From Eledone cirrhosa (taxonomy: Eukaryota), in contig OZ024749.1 in the NCBI GenBank assembly GCA_964016885.1, positions 43,958,001 through 44,022,000 of the forward strand: a stretch of DNA of 64,000 nt. Direction: 5' to 3'. Below, in pieces: positions 18,356 through 42,700 of the stretch. Position 1 is the first letter of the stretch, and each line of letters opens with the position of its first letter. The position numbers and the translations under genes are program-made. The notes beneath the pieces are model-generated. The model was not told where the DNA came from, made no database searches, and was given only the letters and a program-made list of their open reading frames with translations.

Positions 18356-20178
18356 AAGTGTGTGTGTGGGTGTGATTCCAATGCGTCTGTAGGTGTATAT
18401 TTGCATGTTATATAGTCAGCATCTATCCGTGTATATATATATATATACATACATACGGATAGATGCTGACTATATAATATAACATGCAAACATTCACGTA
18501 TACAATATGTATATAATAAGTACATGTTGATACTGTTCTTATTGTTGGGATAGGGTTTCTAGCGGGGTCGATTGTAAGGAAAGTGCGGTTGATTTAAAGA
18601 ACAAAAGCACATGAATTAACACACGGACGGGCAACGAACGGTAGTTGAAGTGAATTCGTAAAATACTCGAGGAATGTATAAGAGTGGGATTGCTTATGCC
18701 ATGACAACAATATATATAGAGAGATTTAATATAGAAATGCCCTAATGATTTCCTTCAAATGAAACAATTCTAGTCCTGTAGAAGCCATTTCTATATTAAA
18801 TCTTGTATATACTCTGTATATACCCCTGATTGAACCCGAGATACATACATACACACACACACATATATATATATATACACAAATTAAAACAAACGTTATC
18901 TTACTGCCTTGACCCTAATCCCAGAACTTTACACAATTTTACAGGTTTGTTTTTATTCGAAATGTTGGGTGATAACGAAAAGGCGCCGATCGGTAACAGT
19001 GCATATACACATACACACAGAAGTTTTGGTACAAACGAAAGAAAAGGGCAACCAACAGATATTTTTTGTCGCATTTGAAGGAACTGCATTTATTTACAGC
19101 CACAAAACTCTTTTGTAATCCATAAAACAATAAGTCAAACTGGTTTATATATATATAGAGGGAGACAGGAGTTTGAGACTGGTTGTCCATGGAAATTTCT
19201 TTACCAGATGATCTGGTCCTTATGGCTGAATCCATAAAAGAATAAGTTTCAAGTATGGAAACAGAATTTCGAATCAAAAGATCCTGTGCTAAAAGGTACC
19301 TGTCCAACTCATGTAAGCATGGAAAAACAGATTTAAAAACGATGATGATGATTGTATATATATATATATATATTTATTAAAATAACATTTTAGTCTTCAA
19401 ATTTATTATTATTACTATATATATATATATATATAGTACCGAATTAGTATATATATGTATTAGGGTGTCGGTAGATGTAAAGCCATAGCTTTTCAAGATA
19501 CCCCTCAATCTAAGAAAAGATTCTTCAAACTGATCATTGCCAGTGATAATTTCGAAAAGGAAAAATATCAGTTGGTTTTATGGTCTTCATGAAGGCTAGC
19601 AAAAGGTGGGCTGTTGGCAAGTAACAGAGCTGCTAGAAGCAGCAGTCAATTTCATCCTGATTTTTTACTCAACCATGACGGAGTACAGAAGATACATATA
19701 TATATATACATTTATATATATCGATATGAAAGACTAAATCCAGATTAAGGCGGTGTCCCAGCATAGTCGCAGTATGGCTGAAAGTATAAAAGAAAAATAC
19801 ACACACAAACACAATAGAGCAGTGGGTACCATATTTTGTCGTGGAGCCTTAAATAAATTTTACGGACAATCCCAACAACACACATTTTAATTAAATGAAA
19901 CAAAACTCGCATTCATTTTTTTTAAAGTATATTTTATTAAAAGATATCTTACAAAACAGGCTTTAAGGGAGATAACTACAAAAATCCGGAGTATTTTCCC
20001 TTTAAATGTTACTTTCTCTAACTTGTGTGAAGAGTATGTTGATATGCCAATGGTTTATATGCGTAGAAGAGGCTATTGTAGTGTAGTGGTATCTTTGGTG
20101 GATGTAATGTGTTGGTGAGTGCGGTAGTGATTGTAGGAATCACATACATTATATATACATATATATATATATATATAT

Positions 20179-20400
20179 AATTAGAAAGTGAACACAAAAT
20201 ATAACTACTCTATTACCAAAGGTTTCTGGATCACAGACGATAATATACGACCGATCCAGATGTATATTATCGTCTGTGATCCAGAAACCTTTGGTAATGG
20301 AGTAATTATATTTTGTGTTGTTCCCTTTCTAATTAAATAGCTCTGTTCTATACATAAAGCAGTCTTTTTTCTTTTGCTTTTCCTTCGGAATTACGTAACA
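20179..20400. mobile_element. Hairpin+tail element in (TA)n
   Basis: About 70-bp imperfect inverted arms bounded by AATTAGAAA / TTTCTAATT (20179-20334), followed by an ~66-nt tail, with (TA)n on both sides. Confidence 0.65.
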
Positions 20401-20526
20401 TATATATACATATATATATATACATATATATATATACATATATATATATACATATTATATATATATATATAAGAAATGTGAAGACTAAAATAAATATATA
20501 TATCATCATCGTTTAACGTCCATTTT

Positions 20527-21227
20527 CCTGTATGCTGATGATATAACTCTCATAGCTGAATCTATGACAGAATTAAAGAAAAAATTCCTGACCTGGAATC
20601 AAAAGATCTTAAAGTCAATTGACAAAGACCAAAGTTCTAGTAAATAGTATGGAAAATAAGGCCCTCATCCCTTCTGTAAAATGGCCCTGCTCAATGTGTA
20701 AGAAAGGAGTGGGTAGAAATTCCATCCTCTGTTCCAAATGCATAAGTTTTAAGTTTTACTTGTGGCCATTGCACAGGAGCAGTAAGTAAGAAACACTCAC
20801 AGGAAACTATGTGCTATCAAATTCTTGGAAGGTCCCGTAGGGGCAGTTGACAGCTTCTGCTACTTGGGTGACCAAATTAGCAGTGGAGGTGGGTGTGCCA
20901 AAAGTACAGTGGCCAGAGTGAGAACAGGATGGAAAAAGTTCAGGGAGCTACTACTGCTGCTAGCTATACAAGGTTTTTCCCTCAAAATGATGGTTAGATT
21001 GTATGATGTGTGTGTGTACAAACAGCAATGTTTCATGGTAGTGAGACCTGGGCAGTGTGAGCAGAGTACCTACGAAGGTTGGAAAAGAAATGAAGCTGGC
21101 ATGCTTCGATGCATGTGTCATAGTAATATACATGAACAGCAAAGCATAAATGAGCAAGATGTCTCATAATGAGACAACCCATCTAACCCATGCAAGCATA
21201 GAGAATGGACATTAAATGATGATGATG
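20527..21227 (+). mobile_element. Degenerate RTE LINE reverse-transcriptase fragment
   Basis: LYADDIILIAES at about 20528, VDSFCYLGDQISSGGG and ARVRTGWKKFRELL motifs, frameshifts, and a (GAT)n tail. Confidence 0.8.
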
Positions 21228-21228
21228 T

Positions 21229-22305
<1,077 letters not shown>

Positions 22306-25300
22306 TTATTCATCATTTCACATCTACTATCAAATGATGATGATGATGACTCCTAACAAATATTTCAATCAACTGTTAATTTTGTTGATATCTAAAGATG
22401 TTGCAAACTCATTATATAAATAAATATGTCCAAGATTAATTAGACTGCAAAATCAGCTTGTACATATTCCAGACAGTGAAGATGAAAAATAGTGTTAATT
22501 ATCAATTCAGAGAAAATATTTTACAGTAATTCCACAATAGATTTATACAAACAACAACAACTATTTTTTATAACTCCTGCCTGTAGTCTTTAAAAAGATA
22601 ATGCGATTCAATGATTCATCTTCAACAGAAGTCTTTTTATGCCAATGTGATTTGGTATTCTGAAATAATAGAGACACAGTATAAGATATAGAGAATACTA
22701 AAAATCAAAAGATTCAACATTTGAAATTATATTCCATATTTATATTATTCAACAATTGAAATTATATTTTGTACATATATAAATTGTAGTTATAAACATT
22801 TACCTGAAGAATTGAACTTAAATGTATATTTACATCTTTAAATATATATTTATCCAACTCTTGTACTGCGGCCAGTCAACGACAGGAGACCCAGAGGTAG
22901 GCCACAAGCAGGAAGATTTTGTGTAATTATAAAAAATATATGTTTTAAAGATTAGTCATTATTATCATATATGTTGTTGGGCGGTGGATTAGATATATTG
23001 GTAGAGCTTCAGACAACATATTTTGCAGCATATAGTTACATTCTTTTACGTTCTGATTTCAAATCCTGCTGAAGTTAGCTTTGCCTTTCATCCTTACGGG
23101 GTCAATAAAATAAAGTAGCAGTAATGCACTGGGTGAATTTAATCGACTTTCCTCTTCCTCAAAATTGTTGGCCTTGTGCCTAAATTAGAAACCATTAATA
23201 TATATAAAACTAAAAACCTTTTTGACAGTGAATTGTCCAAAATGGTTAGAAGGCTCGTATGGTTTACACATTTTAAAATATTTTCTTATTTGTTTCTGTA
23301 ATTTAAGAAAGCCAAGTCTGGTTTTTACATTCTTCATTAATTCTGGTCTCCATTTTAGATACCCTTTTTATATATAATGAAAGTAGCATTTATATAACTC
23401 ATTGAACAATAATTATAAAGGGAATGTAGGGAGACGGGGGGGTATTTCACCACCAAATGCGACAATAGGTTACACTTCACATCTTAGTGGTATGTAGCCG
23501 GTAATAGTGTCAGACACCATGAGTTGCGGCACGAGTTAAGACAATTTGAAATCTTTTCCACCATCAATTGTTTAAAAAAAAAACAAGTTAAAATCATTTA
23601 GTCGTCCATTCGTAACGTACGTTACGCTTCAGTTACATAGACACACATCTACACGTAAATACATAAACAGATACAGACAGCAGAAAGAAGTGGCTGGTGA
23701 AGTGCTATAGCGATGTGTGTTGCGTACCTTTATGGTTTACCGGCTTCATAGCCTATTCGTTAACAAACACTTTGAAGCAAGCCAACACGCTCGCAGCAAG
23801 AAATGCAATAATAATAATACATACTGAAGGTTCAACACATCAAAATAATGTGTTAAAATGATGCAGGAGTCTGTAGTATACTTGCCATACTTGATGGATC
23901 ACCAGTTTATTCATAATAACAATTTCGTACTTCTAATGTAGCTAATCTTGATTAAATCAATTGAATAATAAATATTTATAAACAAGATAGCGTATATTAG
24001 AAAATGAAAGATAAATTAAAACTAGTATCTTCACACACACATGTGTAAGTATAAGTATACTAAAATGTATAGTAGCTGTGATACTCTAATAATACAGAGA
24101 CATATTTTGGTGGCGATGATGATGATATTTCATATCCGAAACAGCGGCCAAAGACATTCAGTCTGCTTCACTCCTTATTATTTTTTATTCCATTAAAAAA
24201 GATTTAGTGAACATACCACATACCATCGAACATTAATAATTGATAAATTAGCGAAATGTTGGGGGATCTGGGCCGCCGCTGGATCTTTGTCACTTTTAGC
24301 AATACCGCGAATATTTTGGCTTGATTCGACATTTTAATTTTTTCTTTTTTATGTGGGGAAACAAACACTAGCATTCCTTCTTGAAGCATTTAAAATTCAG
24401 TGCGTATGTTCTGTTTTGTTTTCCCTCTCTCTTTTCTGATTAACTTTTAAGGGTTGAGAGGTCTTTTCAGCTGTCTCGTGACAACCTATCTAGTGCTGGT
24501 GCCCCAATAAAATGCACACACTCGATGCAGGAGGTCTCTGGCCCATCTGCCTGAGTACTGACTCAGTCTGTAGTGACCCGTTCAGCTCTTAAGCAGGGAA
24601 AATGGACGTTAAAAGATGATTTGTTCATATTCATTATATAAATTATGTTTATATCTTCAAGATATCTTAAAAGATTCTGTTTTACCTCATTTATGCTCGG
24701 GATCATGGTTAACTAAGAAAAAGTATTCAAGGCTAGACTGTCTTAATCGGAAAATTTTCAAAACAAATACTTCCGATTTCTTTTGTTTTCCGCGCATACA
24801 TTAAGGCTATGTATAATCTCAATGCTACAGCTTTCCAAGCGTGACAATCCTGTCCTTTAATATTAACCCAACAGTAACCAATGTCAACCCTGTCCTGTAA
24901 CCCTAACCCAGACCCAATTAATATGTATCATGAATTGCATTAAATTTCATTGATTAATATTGCATATATTTCTTCTTTGTTCACTTATTCTTGAGAGCGT
25001 CGTTGGGCAAAATCCTCAAGTACTCCTTCCAGCAAGTTCTGTCAGAAGCAAGCATCTCCAACTGATCCAGCTGGATCCGCAAGTGAGACCAACGAAGCTC
25101 ATGGATGTTATCCAACCATCTTGCCTAGGGTCTACCTTGGGTCTCCTGTCGGTTGGTTTGGTCTGTAAAATCTGTGCAGCAATTCTTTTCTAAAACATTC
25201 TAACCACATAATAATGATTTCTACTATTGGCACAAGGCCAGCAATTTGAGGAGCGGGGAAAGTCGATTAAATCGACTCCAGTGCATTACTGGTACTTTAT

Positions 25301-25759
25301 TTTATCGACCCCGTAAGGATGAAAGGTGAATATAACCTCAGTGGGATTTGAACTCAGAAAGTAAAGGACCATTACTCTATGCAGTGGATATTGCTGGCTA
25401 TTCTTCACAAGTGTTTTCTATGCTTTGAGGAATAGGGGAGATGAAGTATTCAAGAAAAACAAGGTATAATTTGTTTCAGTCCTGGGTGAGGCATACTATT
25501 GCTGGTTGTGATGTCTTTGACACTGTTGAAGGGTCCTTCCAACCTTTTTGTCTGGCAAGCCTTCTATGGCTGGATGCCCTTACTGTCACCAACCACTTTA
25601 CAGTGTGTAGTGGGTGGGTTTATTGTGGTCACCAACACTAGGGAGACTCTCAAGTCCATGACAAAACTGTAAAGTCCTCCAAATTTTTTACCTCATACAA
25701 ACATATTTAGTAACCATATATCTATAGCCAATGAATAGTACAATCACATCACTTGTAGT

Positions 25760-26310
25760 CCCATTGTATTTGGCAGACTATACAAACACATGAAGGGTAC
25801 CAAGTTCAGCATATGCAGAGCCATAGTCATTACCACCCTCATATAGGGTTGTGGGTCACTTATTGCCACTACATTTGACTCCTTGATGAGTCTCTGCACC
25901 ATCCACTGTAGTGACTTTGTCACCAATGTTGAAGTTCTTGAACAGGCAGAAGTCACCAGCATCGAGGTCATCCTGCTGAAGTCCTTACTATGCTGGACAA
26001 GGCATGTATCCAGGATGAAGGATCATGCTGTACAATAAACTCTCCACTGATCATCACATCCAGAGGACACAAAAAGTCCCCTAGGTGCCTATCACATCGA
26101 CCATTGTTAGTGGTCCACCCTAGCTGAGAACTATGACACCTGGCATCTCACCATCAACCATGCTGTCTCCTCTTTTGAAAACACCTTCAGGGCCACCATT
26201 GAGGACAAAAGGCACAGGAGAAAGAACCACAAAACCAAATCATCAAACCCTGACCAGACCTTAAGCTGCAGCCAAGTTTGCCTCTTCTGCATTGGCCTGA
26301 AGTCAACATA
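25760..26310 (+). mobile_element. Degenerate RTE/BovB-like LINE fragment
   Basis: Plus-strand remnants KFSICRAIVITTL, VTNVEVLEQAEVTSIEVILLK and WTRHVSRMKDH. Confidence 0.6.
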
Positions 26311-26744
26311 GACCACTCACTTCATAATCTTCATTTTGATAATTCCTTGCATATATGTATTTATCATCATCATCGTTTAACGTCCATCTTCCACGCTAGC
26401 ATGGGTTAGACGGTTTTGTTCCATTTGATGCAGGAATGGTCGGGAGACCATGTCTCGCTCGCACAGAAGTGTCTCTGGCAGGTTTTTTTTACAGCTATAT
26501 TTATGCATATGTATATATCATACCATTCAATGGAAATACATGCACAGTTGATGATCATTGGTAACCAGCCTACTAAGTCTGTTTATAAAATAGGCTTCAT
26601 TCTATAAACTCATATTGAAATATATAGCAGGAACACCTCTGAGATCATAGATTTGTTTAATTAGGGGTGACCTTCAGCTAAATAACTACAGAATATAAAT
26701 CAAACAAATAAGATACAATAAAAGGCACCATGTATGTATTTCTG

Positions 26745-26942
26745 TACGAGGGTTGGCAGAAAAGTTCATAGACTGACTATGAAGAAGTGATGCTAGAGCT
26801 GTGAAATCTTGCTTGCATTAATTTCAACTCTTATTAATAATTGCATTGTTTCTTTCCAGAGACTATGTTGAAAATAAACCTCATTTGGTCATTCCATGAG
26901 AGTACCTTGGTCAACCTATGAACCTTTCAACCGACCCTCATA
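26745..26942. mobile_element. Mariner-type MITE (second copy)
   Basis: TA|CGAGGGTTGGCAGAAAAGTTCATAG ... CTATGAACCTTTCAACCGACCCTCA|TA. Confidence 0.75.
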
Positions 26943-27215
26943 AAAATAGCTAAAAATGATAGAAAATTGAAATGAAAACAAACTACAAATTTACTTTAAT
27001 CAATTCTTCTTGTTTTTTTTTAATAAAGAAATGTTATTGTATATTATTATAATTAATCTTATTACATTCATTCAAGACAGCTTATTAAGTAAGAGACTTG
27101 ACAAAATGTGAATTGAAGAGTGTTGGACAACAAAGAATCTTCAGGTGAAAAAAAAAATTAAAAAAAAAATAGATGAGAAAAAGAAAAAGGGGATGAATCT
27201 AAAAGAATGGAAAGA

Positions 27216-37789
<10,574 letters not shown>

Positions 37790-38254
37790 AACGATTCGAT
37801 TCGATTCAAGTCAAACAAAATAATTTCGTCCAACTAAAAATTAAAAATAATCAAAGAGTTGAAAGTTCTTTGATTTTAGCAAATTGTCCAAATGACTAAG
37901 GTAAACGTTTTTCTATCTCTGTTGTCAAGAGAGCAATGATTTATTCCCCTTGTTTTTCTGTGGCGGAAGTCTGATACTGAAATTCACCAGAGTTAATTCC
38001 CTTCCATATTTGTTATTGTTTGTTTTTAAACATGTATATATCCCTAAGACCTTCCAACCGTGACCAATACGGCTTTCAACCCCGCCCTCCCTTTAAAGAC
38101 AGTCACATAATACAGTGCATCCTTCCTTTCTTTAAGACAATAGGATAAAAATTGGCTGGTGTTTCTAAACAAGTTCAGCAATCGCGTAGAATTTCCGTAA
38201 AATTTGTGCCACAAACGGTTGGTTTATTGTGAATTATGTAAGTCATTTTTTTGA

Positions 38255-38551
38255 AATTGGCTGTCAGAAGTGAAAGTAGAAGAATGTGACGTCATTCGTC
38301 AACCTTGTCAATCGTCAAACCTTCGTTTATTTCCGTACCACCACCCACCACCATGTGTAATCGGCCCCATGAACTTCATTTGTTTTCTAATTTGATAACT
38401 ATGACTATGGATCAACGTGGTGATTTCAAAGTTTATTTATTTACACATGGTGGTGGTGGTGATACGGAAATAAACGAAGGTTTGACGATTGAGAAGGTTG
38501 ACGTCACATTCTCTTACTTTCACTTCTGACAGCCAATTCCGTTGTAGTGCC
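38255..38551. mobile_element. Foldback MITE with CACTA-like terminus, upstream of PSMA1
   Basis: About 100-bp inverted arms (38255-38360 / 38441-38538). The right end CCGTTGTAGTGCC reads GGCACTACAACGG on the minus strand. Contains two TGACGTCA and ATTGG/CCAAT motifs. Confidence 0.7.
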
Positions 38552-38646
38552 TAAATGTTAATGGCTTCTACAGGACTAGGGCTTTCCTGATGATTTCTTT
38601 TGAAGGAAACAGTTCTAGTCCTGTAGAAATCATTCTATGTTAAACA

Positions 38647-38686
<40 letters not shown>

Positions 38687-39779
38687 ATTGTTTCTACTTT
38701 AGGCACAAGGCCAGCAATTACCCAGTACATTACTGGTACTTTATTTTATCGACTCCGTAAGGATGAAAGGCAAAGTTAACCTCGGCGGGATTTGAACTCA
38801 GACTGTAAAGGGTGTCCAACCCTCTACCGATACTGCCAATTTCCCGCCCTATATATATATATAATAATAACAATACAAGGACGATTTGTTATGTCTTCAT
38901 TACGTTTATTGATTGGTGACGCACCAAGATTTGGACTAAAGTGGGGTTACCAACTTCCCAGGCAGGTCAGGAGTCCACCTTTCACGTACATTATACGGTC
39001 CAACCTGCTACCCATTTTATTGTGGCACCAGCACTAGAGAGGCTGTCATGTCTTTGACAAAACTGAAGGGTCCACCCACCCCTTTGTTTGGCAAGCCTTC
39101 TACAGTTAGATGCTCTTTCTATCCCCAACCACTTTACAGCTTATACTAAGAGCGTTTATTGTGTAGATCAAGCAAACTAGAATATGAAGAAACAAATGAA
39201 GGTCTGCAACAGAGGGTATAAAACAACAGTTAATATCTTAGAAATTTTATTTTAAAAAAATGTTGGATAACATCGATGTGCTTGGCTGGTCTCGCTTGGA
39301 GATCTAGCAGGATCAGTTAGAGATGGTTGCTTCTGACTGGATCTGCTGGAAGAAGTGTTTGAGGACTCTGCCCCCATGATCCTCTCAGAAATAAGTGGAT
39401 GAAGACAAAGTAGTATTATGTCAGGTCATGCTTCTGCCTGCTGCTGGTTTCTTGTAACCCAGTATAACCTCCTTCATGGTCAAATGGTCGGCGACTAAAC
39501 CGGCTCCCCCACCAAACTTCTTTGGTGAGGAGGGTAAGTGAAACCCCCAGTAGATAAAAAAACAAGAACTGTAAAAAGGGCATATGAGCTCATCCGAGTC
39601 AATGGTCATCCACTCCAACTATAGGTTAAATAACCTCACTAACCCATAACTGGTCAAGCGTGGTGAGTATGGCTACACCCCTGATAAGACCAAAATCAAA
39701 CAAAAAGTGATGGAGGTCGACCAGAGAGGGGATCTTCCAACAGGAGTAAGAAGGGATTGGATTGGATTAGTAAGAAATG

Positions 39780-42700
39780 TTAGGTAATATGGTTAGTATC
39801 AGACACTGAGTCATTAGAACAAAACAGAACTTTACACAGGGCATCATTATTTTGCAAAGGTGTGTTTTTTGTTGATGAGGAAATTTGACTTAAAGAATAT
39901 AAATATTTTCTTTTATTCTTGAAGCATGGTTCTTGTGTCTGACTGAATACATCAGGTGATTTCAATGAGTCATCTTGTGTGTTTTTCTGTGTTGGAGAGA
40001 AAATATCAGGGGACAGTAAATATTGCTTTATATTTTCGGGTGTGTGATTAATAGGACCAGCTGAAGGTAAATAGCCTTGGTTGCTTTCCTGTGTTGGAGA
40101 AAATATATCAGAAAGCGATTGGCTACGAGAGTTGTTCTTTGTTTCATAGAATATATCTGGTGAATGTACAGAACTGCCTACATTTGTCTGTGTTTCGGGA
40201 AATATATTGGGAGTGTCATTATGTACAGAAGTGTTTTCCAATGTAGGGGGAAATATATTGACTGACTGTGAAAGAGTTTGTGTATTTGGGTAGGTCTGAG
40301 AAGAATCTTTAGAAGGATGTGAATAGCTATTTACATCTTGTGGCTGAGTATAGAATATATCAGGTGAAGCATAAATATCTAATGTTCTATTACATGATTT
40401 TGGTATCCTTTTACATAAATAGGTATTATTTTGTACTTTAATATTGGCTTTAATTGAATTTTGATCTGCTACTGTAAGAGTTTCTTGTAGGAATTCTGTA
40501 CTTAAAGGACCATTTTTAATATCACAGTTAATTTCTTTAAATAATTTAGGGGAGTGCATTTGCTGTTGACTTTCATCTATTTTAAATTTAAAACAGGACT
40601 GAAGTCTGTTGTCTAAACAAATGGTATTTGTGTTTTGAAAAGTAAATAAGTGTTTTGTTTCATCTTGTGTTGCGAGAAGAATTTCTGGAGAAAATAAATC
40701 TTGTTTTCCTGGAACAGTTTTACGAATTAATTCTAGTTCAGGTGATTTTTCCATATTTTGAAAACTGTTTTTCACTGTCTTAGAAATTATTAAAGAATTG
40801 CATTTAGAAATTTCTTTTGAGTTTACATAATTTGTAGCTTTAGGTGAATGGATGTCATTTTCAGACAATGTTCTTTGAGAGAACAAAGACTTGAAGTCTG
40901 TAGAATTTTCTGTTACTCCTTTAGATGAGTGAATAAATGCTTGATCTTTTCTACTGTGTTGCTTCATGGGTGAAAATGGTATATTGGTTGTCTTTGGTAT
41001 GGTATTAGAAGGAGAAAGTTTTTTCGTTTGGCATCCTGATTGAAGCAGATTAGAGTTATTGATTTTCTTGAAAATTTGTCTTTTCAAAAGGATTTTGGAT
41101 AGAACATTTTTAGACTTTTGATGATTAAAACTTTTACTAATACTATCTCTGGTATTTATAGAAATATTTCTCACTGAAACTGGAGTATTACTGGGCGTTT
41201 GTGGGATAAAATGATTTGAATATTTCAACGTAGAATTAAATAGATCTTCTGAAGTATTGCTTGACAATATGATATCAGTTGGATGAGGAGATGGTAAAAA
41301 CAGTTCAACTGAAGGATCCCATAACACTTGTGATACACCACCTTGTTCTTTGGGACTTTCTTGGGTGACTTGTTGAAGACTCACAGATGGTGATAACCGA
41401 GACTCAGAGATGCAACCATCAAAAGAAAAAATTGAAGGGGAATTCGAACAACATTGCCTTTGGTTCTCTGAAGATCTTTTAATTGGGGTTATTGGAAATA
41501 TATGTTCAATATTTTCTCCATCTGAAGAATGTTTTTGTGGCAGATTTATATATGATGGTTGATAAATATGGGGATGTGAAAGTGGTGTAGATGTAAGACT
41601 ATGGCATTTCCTAAGATTAACACTGGATGAGAAGACATGAAATCCAGTAAGAGAATTATCAATGTTTTTATGTGGTAATGACAAACAAGTGCGTTTATTT
41701 GAGGTGACCGCATTTGTAACTCTAGGAGAATATGGTAAACTTGAGAACTGATTTTTCATGGTTGTAGGTGAGATGATGTGGGACCTGTTAACTGGGATAG
41801 ATTGTTGATTTCTGTTCCTTGATCTTGTGGTCTTGTTTACAAACTGTTCAATTTGAGATATATTTTTATTGTTGTTTTTACTTACTTTTTTAGAAAAACA
41901 TAACTTTTCTTTTTTTCCATTATACAATAAATTTTCTTTATTTTCTGTAGAATCATTGCAAAGACACAGTTGAAGATATAATTTACAAAGGTTACATTTC
42001 TTCCTTCTCTTAGATTGATTTAAGGCAGACGATGGTCCTCTTTCTAAGTCAGAATCTTGTTTAGAAAGACACTGTGTTGGTGAATAGGTTATTTCTTGAA
42101 AGTGAGGAAGCTGTTTTGAAGAAGTGGATAAAGAACTGTCATGAGCAAAATTAAGCAGTTTCTTAACTTTGTTTCCAAATGGAGAATCAGAATTCATAGA
42201 AGTGGTACTTCCATTAATAGAATCATCAGCAGATAACATTCTTTTAATATGAAACCGAGAGGGGGTTATGGCTGAGAGATTAATTTCTGATATATCTTCA
42301 GGAAATATATTGCAAATATTATCTGAAAGACTGAGTTTTGGTGATGATTCTTCAATATAGCTAACCTTTGACTTAATTGTAGAATTAAGTGTGACCATAC
42401 ATCTCTTAGTAGACTGTGGCTTGAGTACATGTTCATTTGTAGAACCGATTTTTGTAGGATAATTATTAAATATATTAGAAGCATTTTCATTATTTGAATG
42501 AGTTTTAGTTACAATTTTAACTGGACCAGGTAATAAACATAAATCTGTACTTTTATCAAAACGTTTGATATCTTTCTTCATAATAGTTTTTCTTGGGGTA
42601 ATTTTATTTCTAGTCTGAATAAACTGGTTTGTTTCATTCAAATTATGATTGTGGAACTTGAATTCTGAATACTGTATCATATTTCCAATAGATTGACGAT

